A stretch of 64,000 bases of DNA from Thalia democratica (lineage: Eukaryota). Of this stretch, positions 61,140-64,000 are shown one piece after another; within the stretch, counting starts at the first letter, position 1; each line of letters begins with the position of its first letter. Under the pieces are notes generated by a model. That model saw nothing but the letters and a program-made list of their open reading frames with translations, was not told the origin of the DNA and did no database searches. The stretch is from assembly GCA_965202585.1 (NCBI GenBank), contig OZ241829.1, positions 68,882,001-68,946,000 on the forward strand, given 5' to 3'. Both the position numbers and the translations under genes were made by a program.

Positions 61140-62300
61140 ATGAAAAAAAGCTGCATCGCAACGCTGGGAGCTTACCTACTCAGCAAAAAGACGAACTGCA
61201 ACTTATTTCCGCAAGGTGTCCTAGCTTGCTCGGATGTAAGTGCCGTAGACGGCAACTGCGGTCCGCCCGCCAAGCTAGAACCGACGCTTGAGAACATCAG
61301 GGACAACCCCTTGAAAGTGAGGCTCTACCGCAAGCCCGCCTTTAATATCAATCAGCTGACAATGATGCTATTGCGCGAGTGCACAGACGAGGACCGCCAG
61401 GAACCGTGGGACGTGGGTAGCTGGAACAAAGACTGGGACGGGCTGAATACCATCCAACGCCCCAGTTATATGAAAGATCAGTATAGCAGACATCTGCACC
61501 TCCTCGCAAAAGAAGAAAGCGAAAACGGCGAGAGGACTGCCAGAGGCGCGGATCAGGACGCTGCGAACCGGAAGCGGGAGCAAATACAGAAAGGGGACTT
61601 CACATACCAAATGCACAATCCAAACGCGGTTCGAGAACGACCGGACGATTTTTACAAGGATGTGACGGGATTCCCGGTGAACCGGATGGACCCGCCGCAT
61701 TCTGACGTCACAGTGCCGCGCGGCCACGACGCCAGAGCGGATTTTTGGGTGATGGAGCACGCCTTCCGCAAAATTTGCTACCGTCACATTTTCGAAAGCG
61801 AAGAGACAACCCACTCAACAAGATATGACTATTATCTTTCCGTTCCAAAGAACCTGGTCGCTTACATTGTGCAGAGGCTCATGCAGTTCCCGCCGGAAAC
61901 CTTCGGCAGGTTCAGGATCAGCGACGGGTCGCACACCCACGTTAGTATCAATTACAACGGGGTGCCACATGTAGTCATCATTGGAGAGACGAGTCACCTG
62001 CAAGATGAGTACATGGCCCGCAACCATGACTTCGACCGCGGATCGGCCGATATTGGCCTGGACGTTCCTGTAGCTACAGACGAAGATCATGGCGGAGGAA
62101 GGCAAAACTCTCCTCAAAACGGGCATGGCCATGACGAAGGTCGCATGAATGATTTCCAAGATGATTTAGATAATGATGATTCATATTGTGAAGAAGAAGG
62201 TTTTTGGGATGAGCAAGATGAAGACGCTGATGATGATGAAAACTGTACAAGTGATAGAGATGATGGTGAAATAAGAAACCGTCAGTTTTCTCTGTTTTAA
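61140..62300 (+). CDS. Paralogue A, unit 4 (386 aa)
   Basis: Intact ORF; a mosaic of unit-1-like and unit-3-like variants plus private changes. Confidence 0.88.
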   Translation: MKKSCIATLGAYLLSKKTNCNLFPQGVLACSDVSAVDGNCGPPAKLEPTLENIRDNPLKVRLYRKPAFNINQLTMMLLRECTDEDRQEPWDVGSWNKDWDGLNTIQRPSYMKDQYSRHLHLLAKEESENGERTARGADQDAANRKREQIQKGDFTYQMHNPNAVRERPDDFYKDVTGFPVNRMDPPHSDVTVPRGHDARADFWVMEHAFRKICYRHIFESEETTHSTRYDYYLSVPKNLVAYIVQRLMQFPPETFGRFRISDGSHTHVSINYNGVPHVVIIGETSHLQDEYMARNHDFDRGSADIGLDVPVATDEDHGGGRQNSPQNGHGHDEGRMNDFQDDLDNDDSYCEEEGFWDEQDEDADDDENCTSDRDDGEIRNRQFSLF

Positions 62301-63311
62301 ACAGCAAAAACTTCTGATGTATTGGTGAAACTGAACTTTGTTTACTAGGTTTTAAAAACAATTTTTTGTGACATTTTTAATTTTGTTAATGAGAGTGATT
62401 TAAGGATTTAGCATATGTGAGATTTTATTGCAGTACAGTGCTTATCCACTTATTCACTAAAAAAATACTAATTTCAAGCTCTGTTGGTTTTGTATTTTTT
62501 TTTATGTAAACACCATTTTTTATGTGTTTATGTAACATCATAACTAAGCATGTTTGACATTTTGTTATTGTACAATAGTATATGTATTATAATTTTTATT
62601 ATCCAGATAAAACATACTTTGCTAACCTAAGACTTTTTTTTAAAATTAGAAGAAGTTTTTCTAAAAAATAATTAAAATAACAAAAACGACTTTTAATATT
62701 TTACTTTTCCCTTTTAAAAAAGTATTCTTTGATATACAACTTGGACTCTTTTCACAGCGGTATGTTTTATTTTAGTGTATTTTTTAGTTTTTTACTATCA
62801 ATATTGTACAAAATCTGAGTTTTATTGATGTTAAATTTCACAACAGTCCTCATTAATAACTGTACTTAAAACTAGATAATTAGAAAATTTTTGATTAATA
62901 AAAAACTTTACTAATAAAAATTCATAAATACAGTGAAAAGTTAAAAAAAAACAATTTAAAACAAAGTTTGTGCTACAACTAATTGTTTTAAAAGTAAAGT
63001 CAAAAAACTAACTTTACATTTAAATAAGACCGGTTTTAATTGATTATTTTTTTTCATCAGTTTTAAAAACATTATCATCTAAAACTCATGAAATTTTTAC
63101 TTCCTTGTTTATGTTAATTATAATAAGACTAGTAGACTAATTATTGATATAAACAAACATATACTAGAATATAGGTTTTATTTTACTTATCGCATATATT
63201 TAACTTTAAACTTTTCAAACATTTTTTTGAACAAATAAAAACCAAACTAAAGCTTTTAACTTACTTATGCTCAAACCAACAGAAAAAAAAACAAACAAAC
63301 TAAATAAAATA

Positions 63312-64000
63312 ATGAAAAAGAGCTGCATTGCAACGCTGGGAGCTTACCTGCTCAGCAAAAAGACGGACTGCAACTTATTTCCGCAAGGTGTCCTCGCTCG
63401 CTCAGATGTAAGCGCCGGAGACGGCAACTACCCTCCGCCCCTGGAACCGAATGATTTGAACATTAGGAAGCGCCCCTTCAATACGCGGCTCTACGGCGCA
63501 CCAACGGCGCAGGAGAACGAGCAAATAACGGCCTTGAAAAACAATCCTTTCACAGAAAACGACCGCCAGGATGAACATCTGCTCGAAAGCAACTGGGACG
63601 GGCTGGAAGGCTTCCAAGAAGAACACAACTATGCGAAGTGGATGAGACTGCATCTGCACTTTTACGCGGTGGGAGATGCCGAAAACGAAACTAGGAGATC
63701 AGATCAAACGAATGCCAGGCAGAGTTTTGTAAGGGCTCTTTCTGATGGCAGGTTGCAAAACTACCGCAACACTTTTGAGCGCAAATGGTTCCCGGTGAGC
63801 CGGTTGGACCCGCCGCATTCTGACGTCACAGTGCCGCGCAGCCACGACGCCATAGCGGACTTTTGGGAGATGGAGCACGCCTTCCGCAAAGTTTGCCATC
63901 GGTTCATTTTAAACGGAACATTTCAGTTTCGGAGCGCCCGTGAAGCAAACGGGAAGAAAGTGACAAAAGGTCCGGAGACAGTTGAACACTGGATTCACAT
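63312..64000 (+). CDS. Paralogue B, unit 4 (5' part; truncated by the window end)
   Basis: ATGAAAAAGAGCTGC at 63312; sequence matches unit-3 B and is open to the window edge (hence missing from the ORF track). Confidence 0.85.
   Translation, partial: MKKSCIATLGAYLLSKKTDCNLFPQGVLARSDVSAGDGNYPPPLEPNDLNIRKRPFNTRLYGAPTAQENEQITALKNNPFTENDRQDEHLLESNWDGLEGFQEEHNYAKWMRLHLHFYAVGDAENETRRSDQTNARQSFVRALSDGRLQNYRNTFERKWFPVSRLDPPHSDVTVPRSHDAIADFWEMEHAFRKVCHRFILNGTFQFRSAREANGKKVTKGPETVEHWIH

Larger units (their letters stand above)
54303..64000. repeat. ~18 kb tandem repeat unit, copy 4 (partial, runs off window)
   Basis: Colinear with the first ~9.7 kb of the other units; ends inside gene B. Confidence 0.96.

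Noticed and set aside
1-64000. Prokaryotic features (CRISPR array, Shine-Dalgarno operon, rRNA)
   Set aside because: No short regularly spaced repeats, SD motifs or rRNA-like sequence; a spliceosomal intron, Pol III boxes and eukaryotic transposon relics indicate a eukaryote.

Overview
This is very AT-rich (about 20-25% GC in spot counts) eukaryotic, probably animal, DNA. The style resembles Hydra-type cnidarian genomes, but that is inference and not established. The whole window is a head-to-tail tandem array of an ~18 kb unit: 1-18145, 18146-36295, 36296-54302 and a partial 54303-64000. Each unit carries, on +, an orphaned ~40-codon copy of an acidic C-terminal tail followed by three intronless paralogues (A ~386 aa, B 361 aa, C 361 aa) of a protein family I do not recognise. 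On -, convergent with them, is a two-exon gene for a 72-aa membrane protein whose splice sites I reconstructed. The rest is decayed transposon material: a Tigger/pogo remnant with TIRs, a hAT end, a MITE-like inverted repeat and two tRNA-derived SINE heads. The A/B/C genes are the most unusual element. They have a GC3/CpG-rich core (about 2/3 GC3) fused to an AT3-rich acidic tail ending in an invariant RQFSLF*. Nucleotide-identical anchor blocks alternate with hypervariable cassettes, there are direct traces of gene conversion between copies, and every copy keeps an open reading frame. Overall it looks like a gene-carrying macrosatellite that amplifies and diversifies an orphan, possibly foreign-derived, protein family. 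Its function cannot be assigned from sequence alone.
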